Both the position numbers and the translations under genes were made by a program. A stretch of 63,511 nt of DNA, the filler included, from Octopus bimaculoides (Eukaryota): NCBI RefSeq assembly GCF_001194135.2. It is 5 parts of 4 records of this genome, joined end to end, with 100 filler letters (N's around TTAATTAATTAA, not from the genome) between each part and the next. Parts side by side here need not be neighbours in the genome. Positions count along the whole stretch, not along the records: positions 23,646 to 46,314 come from NC_068983.1; positions 46,415 to 61,272 come from NC_068983.1; 3 more parts are not named here. One strand, given 5' to 3'. The notes under the pieces were generated by a model. The model was not told the origin of the DNA. It saw only the letters and a list, made by a program, of their open reading frames with translations, and did not search any database. Below, one piece after another: positions 37,136 to 48,882 of the stretch. Each line of letters opens with the position of its first letter. Within the stretch, counting starts at the first letter, position 1.

Positions 37136-39317
37136 TGAAAGGTATTTTTTTTTTTTAATTTCATTAAAAAAATACGTATTTTTACTGAAAGTTATGAGGA
37201 AACAAAGTCGATGAACGCAATTATGTAATTATGCNNNNNNNNNNNNNNNNNNNNNNNNNNNNNNNNNNNNNNNNNNNNNNNNNNNNNNNNNNNNNNNNNN
37301 NNNNNNNNNNNNNNNNNNNNNNNNNNNNNNNNNNNNNNNNNNNNNNNNNNNNNNNNNNNNNNNNNNNNNNNNNNNNNNNNNNNNNNNNNNNNNNNNNNNN
37401 NNNNNNNNNNNNNNNNNNNNNNNNNNNNNNNNNNNNNNNNNNNNNNNNNNNNNNNNNNNNNNNNNNNNNNNNNNNNNNNNNNNNNNNNNNNNNNNNNNNN
37501 NNNNNNNNNNNNNNNNNNNNNNNNNNNNNNNNNNNNNNNNNNNNNNNNNNNNNNNNNNNNNNNNNNNNNNNNNNNNNNNNNNNNNNNNNNNNNNNNNNNN
37601 NNNNNNNNNNNNNNNNNNNNNNNNNNNNNNNNNNNNNNNNNNNNNNNNNNNNNNNNNNNNNNNNNNNNNNNNNNNNNNNNNNNNNNNNNNNNNNNNNNNN
37701 NNNNNNNNNNNNNNNNNNNNNNNNNNNNNNNNNNNNNNNNNNNNCAGGTACGATGTTAGCCTCAATTTTGACCCAGATAGCTTGCATTATATTTCTCGCA
37801 TTATATATGTAAACAAATACAGTAGTTAGAGGACAGTTTAATCTTTCACAGCCATTAACATTATGTGAGCCAACAAATGTCAAAAGTATTTTTTTGCTTT
37901 ACATTGATATTTTTTCTAATAATTTTCGTTAAATAAGAATATATTTTAGAGACTAACTAAACCATATTATTATTTCTTATTTAATTTGATTTAATTTAAT
38001 TTCTTTTCCTTTTTTTTTTTCTTCTTTATTAAATTAGAAGAAAAGCTAAAAATACGTATTTACTGCTGTAAATAAATAGCAACATCCGGGTAGTTTTAGT
38101 GGCGGATATTTTAACTGTCGGATTTACTTAAGCAATTGAAATAATGTCTTTAAAAACGAAGACAGCGCCTGACTTATTGCGACATGGAGCTATAGCTGTA
38201 AGTAAATTACTGTGTTGAAATATATGATGGGATGTGGGGTGTTCATTTATTGTTAATCATATCTCGGTGTGTCTGTAAACTTTTGTTTTTTTTTTTCTTG
38301 CTCACCCACCTACCCTCTCTGAAAATTCTTCAGTTATTCTTAGCGGGGAAACAACAAGAACTTAGTTGAGCTAACGATGGAGTTTTGAATTGCTAAAGAC
38401 AGCAGCTACATCTCTAACTCATACCACAAAAAAATATTAAAACAGAAATACTCTTTTATCTGAGTCTCCAAAGTTAGTTAAAGACGTCACGAATGGGTCG
38501 AAGCCAAATGTGTTGTCTTACAAGGATGTTATGGTTGTGATTGGTATGAAATTTGGTAAATTTGAGAAGGCAACATGTTGGTTAATTCATGCACCACAGA
38601 AGAAAGAGACCCTACTTAACACAACTTTTATTTAAGCATTTCGTGGTAAACAACTTCAAATTAAAACATAAAGGCTGTTAGTAAATTTTGTTGTGTTGTC
38701 CCTCGTATAATTACAGCAGGAATTCCTTTTGATCATATATCTAATCTATTAGAATTGACTCGGGAGCAAAACAACCCTATCAACACACGATTTTTGTCTT
38801 TCCACCTTAACATGAATTTCTTATTTTATTATTATACGTGGTTGTTTTCTTGTGTTCAGACAAGATGGAATTGTATTAATGACGTCTTTCAATGCCAAAC
38901 CCTATATTTGTGCGCGTTTATGATGATTCAAACAGCTGACTCACAAGTTAATTATTCAAATATGAATCTATCTGTCAGTATATATGTGTGTATTATTTAG
39001 CAGTTTTATTTATTTGTAGAAAGCAACAAAAACTTATAGTGGGGGTCGCATTTAGTAAATTTTATTATTTTGAGTTCAGACTTTATTGGCTTGTTCAGCA
39101 CACACACAAATTTGCTATAAGAAAGGAATTATATGTAATGACCATTAGTTTAACCTGTCTATTATGTATACACACACACACACACAGATCGATAGATTTA
39201 GATAAGGCCGGTTTATGGGATTACCCTGGGTTTCGTCCATAAAACGCTTAGTTAGCCTTACAGTGTATCGCCAGATCCCAAACTTGTTGATTTATGACCC
39301 CTCTAGAAAATATTCTG

Positions 39318-39352
<35 letters not shown>

Positions 39353-39420
39353 CGCTCAATATCTATAGGCGAGACTAGGTAGCAGTATATCGTGGAACTA
39401 TATTATTAAATAGTGGTATG

Positions 39421-39460
<40 letters not shown>

Positions 39461-39884
39461 CTTAAAAGGGCAGTTGCGTTGACTTAAGTTATTACATTCT
39501 CGGCTTCTCTTTAATTCTGAACGCAACCTCTCTTAGTCCTCCTACATCGTGATATAGATAGCCCTTGGAACTTTTGGTAAAGTATTCGCTACTTTTTTTA
39601 TCCATAAACCACTGGTGTGCTTCCATATGTTCTACTGGTAATGTTATGCATCATGGTTTACACAAGTTAATAATGTCGCCGTTTTATTTATTTACTTTTG
39701 GTTTCATGACGTGGAAGAGGAAAGAGACGGGCGCGCGCGCGTGTATATACGTGTCTATAAAAGACGTGTGTGTGTGTGTATGTATTTATGTATGTACTTG
39801 TATATTAAAGCTAATGGGTGTACGTGTGTGTATGTGCGAGCGTGTTCTGTTTCATGTATTTGTATTCACTCACACACGCTCACC

Positions 39885-40250
39885 CCTTATCTTTCGTGAT
39901 TTGACTGCGGACATACTGGAGCACCGTCTTTAGTCAAGCAATTTGACTCCAAGACTTCTTTGTGAGCCTAGTACTTATTCTATTGGTCTCTTTTGCCGAA
40001 CCGCTAGGTTACGAGGATGTAAACACACCAACATCGGTTGTCAAGCAATGGTGGTGGTGGGGACAAACACAGATACACAAATACACACACACACACACAA
40101 CAGCCTTCTTTCAGTTTCCATCTGTCAAATCCACTCACAAGGCTTTGGTCGGCCCAAGGCTATAGTAGAAGACACTTGCCCAAGGTGCCATGCAATGGGA
40201 CTGAACCCAGAGCCATGTGGTTGGGAAGCATGCTTCTTACCACACAGCCA
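39885..40250 (-). mobile_element. SINE family C, near full length, with internal (CA)n
   Basis: Tail, microsatellite middle, CORE-like GACACTTGCCCAAGGTGCC and head are all present. Confidence 0.88.
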
Positions 40251-40458
40251 CTGTCTGTGCTTGTTCCCCACCATCATTTGGCAACCGGTATTGGTGTTTA
40301 CGTCCCTGTAACTAAGCGGTTTGGCAAAAGATACTGTTGGAATAAGTACTAGGCTTGAAAAAATTAGTTCTGAAGTCAATTTGTTCGACTAAAACCGTTC
40401 AAGGTGGTACCCCAGCATGGCCACAGTCAAATAACTGAGACAAGTAAAAGATAAAGGA
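40251..40458 (+). mobile_element. SINE family C, 3' half, inverted relative to its neighbour
   Basis: GTAACTAAGCGGTTTGGCAAAAG...CCAGCATGGCCACAGTCAAAT. Confidence 0.85.
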
Positions 40459-41296
40459 TACTTAGGAAAAGGTGAGTGTTATTGACAGGAAGGGCATCCA
40501 GCCATAGAAAAATCAACCTCAGTTAACTCCATCCAACCCATGCAAGCATGCAGGAGAGTACATTAAATCAAAGAGGATGTGAAATGTGTTTAATGAAACT
40601 AGGTAGACAAATTGAAGCAAAATTGCATGTCCTGTTTATGTCTAGAATCTTCCAGATCACCTTCAAATTACAGCATACTGCCTTATGTATGTTTACACCT
40701 GCTGCAAACAGTAGCTGTATCACCCTCAAATCACCCACTGTTTTGGATAAGGAAGGACAAATTAGATAAAGTAGTTCTGCTGCTTCTGTTGGCCTGTTAT
40801 CTTGAAAGTGAGATATTGGATAATATGATCCTGGTACAAATGGTCACCATATCTTGCTCAAATCTCAGCTATTGTCCTATGTATATTTATATGGCTGGTT
40901 CATCTGCTAGAAATAGCAACCAAATTTTTCTCAAATCACAATCTATTGTCCTTGAAAATAGCCTGGTTTGGTACAAAGTTCCCTACACATACAAAAAAAG
41001 AAAAAAGAACCCAGTTTTCATTAAGCTGCTCCAACCATTGAAGTTACCCATAATAATGGGAATGTAAAAAGACCTCCTTCAGCCATGAATGACCATGGGA
41101 TTATATCTAGAAAGCTTCCCTGCTGGGCAAGATTATCAACAACCAGCAGTTGCCCATTTTTCCTGAACAGGATCCCAGTGTCTTTTAGGGTTACTCATTT
41201 ACAGCTGAATGGATTAAACTGATGTTGAGACAGTGTTTTGCTCATGAACATAATGCACTGCCTGGTTCAGAAATTGAAATCACAGTCTTGTGGCTA

Positions 41297-41474
41297 GTGG
41301 CACGTAAAAAGCATCCACTACACTCTCGGAGTGGTTGGCATTAGGAAGGGCATCCAACTGTAGAAACCTTGCCAGATCAGATTGGAGCCTGGTGCAGCCT
41401 CCTGGCTTGCCAGTCCTCAGTCAAACCATCCAACCCATGCCAGCATGGAAAGCGGACGTTAAATGATGATGATG
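41297..41474 (+). mobile_element. RTE LINE 3' end fragment
   Basis: GGTTGGCATTAGGAAGGGCATCC...CCCATGCCAGCATGGAAAGCGGACGTTAAA(TGA)n. Confidence 0.88.
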
Positions 41475-41524
41475 AGAAGACAACACTAAACACTAGGTCA
41501 TGTACCTACCCCTTGGCTAAAAGT

Positions 41525-42173
41525 TTAACCCATTAGCATTTAAACTGGTCATGTCCAGCCAAAATATTCTGCTTGTTTTATCTTGAAACTAACCAGATCT
41601 GGCCCCTTGCACCTACCCTACATTATAATTCCCAATATAAACAATTGCATCATTGACATCTCAAAGCTATGGAGATAATGCATAATTAATTCAAAACACT
41701 GTGAATATACAAGCATTACATGAAACCAGCTCTGGCTCTGAGTGCAAATATCTTGTTTTCATAAGTTTTGAATTAAAATCTTCCACCAAACCTTAGTCAC
41801 AATTTATGGTCCTAACACTAGCTGAATGATAACTAAGTTATTTTACTAAATTCTTTGTTATATTTAAAATCAATTGAAAGAAAGACAGAGCACCTCAACA
41901 GAAATATGGTAACAAAAGAGTTAAAATATATAATAAACAATTCTTAACCCTTTTGATAATCAACTCAGCTGAAACCGCCTCTGGCTCTGTAGTACAAATG
42001 TCTTGCTTTCAAAAGTTCTGAATTGAAATCTTCCACCAAACCTTAGTCACAATTTATGTTTCTAACACTAGCTTAATGATAACTAAGTTATTTTACGAAA
42101 TTCTTTGTTATATTTAAAGTAATCAAAAGAAACACAGAGCATCTCTAAATGAATACAATAACAAAAGGGTTAA
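41525..42173. mobile_element. Cluster of piggyBac-type (TTAA) MITEs; complete copy at 41948-42169
   Basis: TTAA-CCCTTTT...AAAAGGG-TTAA. 41730-41924 is a direct copy of the same body, fused to a different TTAACCC-starting element. Confidence 0.75.
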
Positions 42174-42479
42174 AAAGGAAAAATTACTCCTATGGTCTAG
42201 ATTTGCTCAAACAGAGCTGACAACACTTGTTCAACATCTGCGATAACTTAGTGTGTACCATGTGTAGTGGCATAATCATAAATAATTCCATTTCTGAATT
42301 TCAAAGGAGCCAAATGCAATCAAGAAATTGAGAGTGACGGAACAGCAGCAAAGACTACGCCAGTCGTTTTTCACCAACATTTTACTGTTAGGCTTTGATC
42401 GAGAAGCTCAAGAAAAGAAAGATCATATACAATATAATGAGTAAGTATAATAATTTTTGGTATATTCTTTCATATTTTT

Positions 42480-42630
42480 TTTACTTGTTTCAGTCATTTG
42501 ACAGTGGCCATATTGGAGCCCTGCCTTTAGTCGAACAAATTGACCCCAAGACTTATTCTATCGGACACTTTTTGCCGAACTGCTAAGTTACGGGGATGTA
42601 AACACACCAACATCAGTTATCAAGTTATCA
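42480..42630 (-). mobile_element. SINE family C, 3' half
   Basis: TTGTTTCAGTCATTTGACAGTGGCCATATTGGAGC...CTAAGTTACGGGGATGTAAACACACC. Confidence 0.8.
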
Positions 42631-42639
42631 AGTGATGGG

Positions 42640-43680
42640 CGTGCATTACACCATTGAGGGAATGGGTAGCAATTCTGGTATTTGTGGGTCTTGGATCAGT
42701 TTGGATCAGTCCAAAACCTTTGATAGGGTCAATCATTGCTACTTGACAGTAGTCCTAAAAGCAGCTGGTTTCAGGCCCATTTTCAGTGGCTGGATTGCAG
42801 CAATGCACACTGACGCTTGCTTGGTGTTAAAAGTAAATGGCCACCTCTCAGACCTGTTTCATGTCTCACACTCAATCTGTCGGGAGTGTCCTCTCTCATC
42901 TCTTCTATACATTCTGGCACTTGAGCCATTGCTTCGGAAGCTAGAACTCTTGAGGGGCATCCCTTTTCGAACTGGGATGTAGGAGATTTGTTTTGGCACA
43001 TGCAGATGACATCGCAATAATAGTGTCAGACACCGCAGATGTTCAGGTAGTTGATCTCCTTTGCAGCTTAGCAACTGGAGAGCCAAGTCTATGCCAATGA
43101 ACAGCACAGCAGGTTGATGGACAGATGGAATGGTGAAATTGCTCGGTGTCTGGTTTGACCTAGACTTCCTAGTGGAAGAACTGGGATGAGGTTACATGCA
43201 GGATGGCCAATCATATTCATCACCGTTGTTGTTTAACGTCCGCTTTCCATGCTGGCATGGGTTGGATGATTTGACTGAGGACTGGCAAGCCAGAAGGCTG
43301 CACCGGGCTCCAATCTGATCTGGCAGAGTTTCTACAGCTGGATGCCCTTCCTAACGCCAACCACTCCGAGAGTGTAGTGGGTGCTTTTACGTGACGGTAC
43401 TGGAAACAGCCACGCTCAAAAAGGTGTTTTTTACATGCCACCTGCATGGGAGCCAGTCCAGCAGCACTGGCAACTACCTTGCTCGAATGATTTTCTAACG
43501 TGTCGTCTCGCTTAGAAATGGGCTGAGAGAAAATTATCTCTGAAAGGTCAAGCAGAGATGGCACCTGCTCACGTTGCCTCCTTAGTACCTTACCCCAATC
43601 CACATTTGGCTGGACTGGAGTATTTACTTTTCTGTTTCCAGTAGAAAGGATGTGCTCCACTAGTCATGCAATCCAGTTTC
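42640..43680 (+). mobile_element. Tx1/L1-clade RT fragment, interrupted by an RTE tail at ~43216-43500
   Basis: SLDQSKTFDRVNH, CPLSSLLYILALEPLL, HADDI, then KWAERKLSLKGQAEM after the insertion; homologous to 28250-28540. Confidence 0.85.
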
Positions 43681-43782
43681 TCCTGTACCAGAAGGACTGC
43701 ATCATTCATTTTATCACACACTTAGTATACTGTATATATTTTTGCTGTTGCATTTCACTATCTTTTCCATTTCTTTCACCCT

Positions 43783-43918
43783 ATCATCATCATCATCATT
43801 GTTTAATGTCTGCTTTCCATGCTGGCATGGGTTGAACGGTTTGACTGAGGACTGGCAAGTCAGGAGGCTGCAATCAGGCTCCAGTCTGTTCTGGCAAAGT
43901 TTCTATAGCTGGATGCCC
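43783..43918 (-). mobile_element. RTE LINE 3' end fragment
   Basis: (CAT)n tail and UTR; possible CCCTATC TSD. Confidence 0.8.
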
Positions 43919-44635
43919 TATCCCTTATATAAACCCCCCACACAATTTGTTGTCTGTCCTTGTGATGTCCCCTTCATCTATGCCCCTGTGGCTCATAAAA
44001 AAAATTATCATTTCAGAAATATGTTTGCTGTACCCAACAACAAAGGGGCCCTCCCTATCCTTTATTTTCTAATGGAGAAGCTTGATCCTGAAGAAGCTAA
44101 AACAAGATTTAGGTATGAAAACATTTTTTTCCTCCTTTTTTTTATATATATATATATATATATATATTTTGTTTCACTCCTAGATTTACCCCTGCGCCAC
44201 CCAGTTCACCTGTTACTGGCACCACCCCTTCCTTCTTTTCCCTACTCTTCCTCCTCCCTTTTTCCTCCCCCTTTCACTCAAACACTTTGTGCAAACCTGT
44301 AAATCAACTTTTTTTTTTTACCTATGGACCCCGATGATTCCTTTTTTACACAGCTGGATCCCTATGGTCNNNNNNNNNNNNNNNNNNNNNNNNNNNNNNN
44401 NNNNNNNNNNNNNNNNNNNNNNNNNNNNNNNNNNNNNNNNNNNNNNNNNNNNNNNNNNNNNNNNNNNNNNNNNNNNNNNNNNNNNNNNNNNNNNNNNNNN
44501 NNNNNNNNNNNNNNNNNNNNNNNNNNNNNNNNNNNNNNNNNNNNNNNNNNNNNNNNNNNNNNNNNNNNNNNNNNNNNNNNNNNNNNNNNNNNNNNNNNNN
44601 NNNNNNNNNNNNNNNNNNNNNNNNNNNNNNNNNNN

Positions 44636-44731
<96 letters not shown>

Positions 44732-45219
44732 ATGAGAGCAACACATTAATGTAGTCCAACAGTGCAATGTCCAGTAAAAAGACAGGAAGGTTATTGGCTG
44801 GAATGCCTTTTAGTAAAGGGGTCTCTCAGGGTTGATCTAGCAGGAGTTACACAACACCTGCTTTGGTAGTTTTGAAGGGTGTGTGTCTTGTTTTTACATT
44901 ACATGTTTGCAACTCCTTGTGTTTACTGCAAAGAAATCTTACTATCATACAAGTGATGTTGTTCATTTGCAGTCTTCTGTAAATGCATATCTGGCCATTG
45001 TGTTGTTGATGTTTGAAAGAGTTGGGGAAATTTTTTTTTTACTTGGAAACAGATGAAGTTAGCAACAAGAAGAATGTTTGGTTACAAAGAAACCTGCATT
45101 ACCAATTTTCAACACATCCATGCAAGTGTGGAAAAGTGGACATTAAAACAACAGTGATGATGAGAGATAGAGAGAGTGATAAATGCATTGGCAGACAGAA
45201 TGCTAAGTGAAATCAACTA

Positions 45220-45435
45220 CAGTAATCCCTTGCTATATCACGGTTCACCCATCACAGTTTATTATTTAAGCTTACGTCGATTCCTCTGTGGTGGTGTTTT
45301 GCATTTATAATAAAATAAATATGTGCAAATTATTAAAATAATTTTTAAAAATGTACAGTACTGTTTCTATTTCAGATTTTCACCTATTATGGCGGGATTT
45401 CGAACATAGCACCTTCAATAGTTGAGGGATTACTG
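45220..45435. mobile_element. pogo/Tigger-type MITE
   Basis: TA-CAGTAATCCCT...AGGGATTACTG-TA. Confidence 0.8.
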
Positions 45436-46414
45436 TATTTAGTTACAGTAGCGTGTGTATGTGACTGATAAGTCTAGTAGTTATTATTATTATAACAGAT
45501 TAGGGATGAGCTTGTTAAATTTCTTCCAATCACTTGAGATAATTTTCACCAGATTTTCTTTTTTCTTTTTATTTATTTATTTATTTATTTTTTTCAAATC
45601 TACAATTACATAACTTTAAATACTTCTTTATTATTAATTTCTGGTAAAAATGAATGTGATTTTCATAATCAGTCTGCAAAACTACTTTTTTGAAAATAGT
45701 CTGGGAAAAACTAAAGACATTTCAAGTGGTTGGAAGAAGTTTAACAGGATCCATTAGTAACCATTGTAATTAGACTGTTATCACTGGTTTTATATGGTTG
45801 TCTTATCTAGTAAGACACTTTACAGCCCACTGGTACATAGGTAGCACTTTCATTTTACACACGATTGGTTGGTATTAACCTTCATTGTGCTGATGAAATT
45901 TCTACTAGTAATGTAAAGGGTAAAAGGTAAAGACCTGGGATTGCACCTAGAAAGTTCCATAAATTCGTTTATGGAAGACCAGCAGTTGCCCATGCATACC
46001 AACCTTCCTTCTCCATGCAACCAATGTTATCCAAGGGAAAGGCAAAGGCCGATACAGCTTGGCACCAGTGATATTGCAACTCATTTCTACAGCTGAGTAA
46101 ACTGGAGCAACGTGAAACCATATGCAAATCAGTTCTTGCAAATTCTTTCTATTGGCCTGTGAAAATAAAACGTTTATTACTTCATATGAAATATGGAAAA
46201 TTCTAGAAAATACCTCTCTGTCAAAAGACAAGTTCCCCTGTCTCAAGTGGACGTGCACCAAAACAGTGTATTTGGTTCCCACACAGTAAAGCTAAAAGAA
46301 AGAATTTGGCTATGNNNNNNNNNNNNNNNNNNNNNNNNNNNNNNNNNNNNNNNNNNNNTTAATTAATTAANNNNNNNNNNNNNNNNNNNNNNNNNNNNNN
46401 NNNNNNNNNNNNNN

Positions 46415-46450
<36 letters not shown>

Positions 46451-47654
46451 AGCGAGTGAGGCTTTTTGTATCTACGTGTGCATGTAAAAGCATATATAGC
46501 ATGCAAATACGATTCCATATATATTTGTGTGTACGTGCATATATGTGTACGTGCAAATGTGGGTGTGTATATGTGTATACATCCAAAAGGTGAGTAGACA
46601 CTATTTTAGCGTATCGTAGATAATTACAAGATTTGTTTAATATAACAAACCGTATTAGAACCGAGCAAAAAAGGGTTTTCTTAACGAGATATTCCTTGTA
46701 AAATCGCATGACGAAAGACTTTTGGACAGAGGGATGCTTCACAACCAGTTGCACAGTATCCCGCCCGTGATGGATCGGTGTATGATGGGTCGAAACGATC
46801 TTGGCGAGCAATAAAGTTTCTCGTATGTTCTCTTTTCCGTCTGTATTATTTGTTATATACTTGAAGAAGACTGTAGAATTTCTAAGGTTGATCCAGCAAC
46901 AACTGTAAAAATGCTGTGAATGACGTCAGGTTGCCATAGGCAGTGAACGTGCCAATGCTTAAATAATTACTATGTATGCATGTATGTATATCAAGTCCTT
47001 GAAGGAGTCAACCCGAGCACCTATTTAATCCTGCAGCTTGACCAAATAGCAAGAAAAACATTATCCTCACAAAACAAGTTCAGTAGATTTTCCGGTTTAG
47101 TCGCTGACAGCGACGATTAAAGAGAAAGAGAGGGGGGGTCTGTGAGAGAGGGCTACATATTTGGAAGACAAAGAACTTTAGTAGAAGTTCAGTTTAAGAC
47201 GATGAAAAGTCAGCATGGACGTTACTGCTGCTTAATACTATTGTTATTGTTATTTTATTTTTATTTTCGCGCTGTTGCCCGAAGAGAAAACCTTGCTGCG
47301 AGCCACTAGTCACAAAAGCTGCCTGAGTAGTTTGGTGGAGGTTAGGGGGAAGAACAGAAGCAAGTTGGGACATATAGGGATCAAGGCAATAAATAAAAAA
47401 AGTCAGCATGTTTTATTCGAACCAGATCACGCTGTGTCAGCCTGAACCAGCTTTAGATATATATATATATATATATAGAAATACATTGCTATATAAGAAA
47501 CAGAATAAATTTAACGGAGGAAAAGAACAGGCTTACTGTTGAACATCTAAAAGTGACTGAATGTCGATGACTGACAAGATTGTTTTCTATGATGAGGATG
47601 ATGATAGCAGCCGTCAGTGAGAGGGAATCATGATAACATCAAGATTGCTATCTA

Positions 47655-48268
47655 TAAAGCGTGCATCGACAGTACACTATTTTACGGCAGTGAGACATGG
47701 AACCTCTACTCCCGATAGGATTGACGTCTCAGCATCTTTCACTATTGTAATTTCGCATCTTGGATATCAAGTGAACCAACCGCATCATCAGCACCAAAGT
47801 CCTTAACTACACCAGGGTACCAAATATATTCACCAATACCCAGAAGTGTCGTCTGCGCTGGCTCGGTCATGTACATCACATGACGGAGGGGAGGATTCCA
47901 AGAGGCCTCTTGCATGGGGAATTGACCACCGGTCCAAGAGAACGAGGATGATCTCATCTTCGTTTCAAGGATCAGGATGTTCTGAAATAGGAAGAGGTTC
48001 CAAATGATCACCCACGCTAGAGACAAATACTGCGGAAAGGGGTCAAGCGAAGGAAAAGAAGAAGGAACTTTCAACCAAACAAAAGTGCACTCAACGAAAG
48101 TAAAAACCAGTTGCGCCGGTAGAGAGCTCTTTAAATGCAGTCGCTAAATGCTTGACTGTCATTCCCGTGTGGCTCTCTACAGCCATAGCAGACGTTACAC
48201 CACTATCAGTAGCTGGTACAACTTCTACGGGCGCAGACCCATGGTCTCTCAAGACCGACGGATGCCTA
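47655..48268 (+). mobile_element. RTE-BovB-like LINE, degraded C-terminus and 3' UTR
   Basis: STLFYGSETWN..FRILDIK*..RLRWLGHVHHMTEGRIPRGLLHGEL..LRFKD; the UTR ends GACGGATGCC. Confidence 0.85.
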
Positions 48269-48311
48269 TACCTACTACACACACACACACACGCACGCGC
48301 GCGCACACACG

Positions 48312-48444
<133 letters not shown>

Positions 48445-48767
48445 GTTTACAAATTAATATAGATGTACATAAATAGATTTGCATAGAAATACGGGCTCTC
48501 ACACGTACACATACTAATGTGGATGATAGTCATACACAGCAATAGGTTACGAAGAAAAAAGGTGGTGGGGATTTAGTTTGGTGCTCAAAGACATAGCAAA
48601 TGTTAGTTGATATGATATTTCATGTACTGTATTCTATGGAATAAGACTAAAAGTGTAACAAGAGTAGGATAAACTTGGGAAAACTACAATGAGATCATGA
48701 AACGATGAAAAGTGAAAGTACAATGCAGGCGAATATCCATATAAATTTAATGTATATGTTGGATTGG

Positions 48768-48809
<42 letters not shown>

Positions 48810-48830
48810 CTGAGAGGCATACAGGCAGAT

Positions 48831-48882
<52 letters not shown>

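Noticed and set aside
46359-46811. 150-aa minus-strand ORF as a gene
   Set aside because: It starts at TTG, runs into microsatellite and the linker, and shows no recognisable domain.
47745-47795. CTGATGA...GAAA on the minus strand as a hammerhead
   Set aside because: No stem I pairing, and it lies antisense within RTE coding sequence; a chance match.
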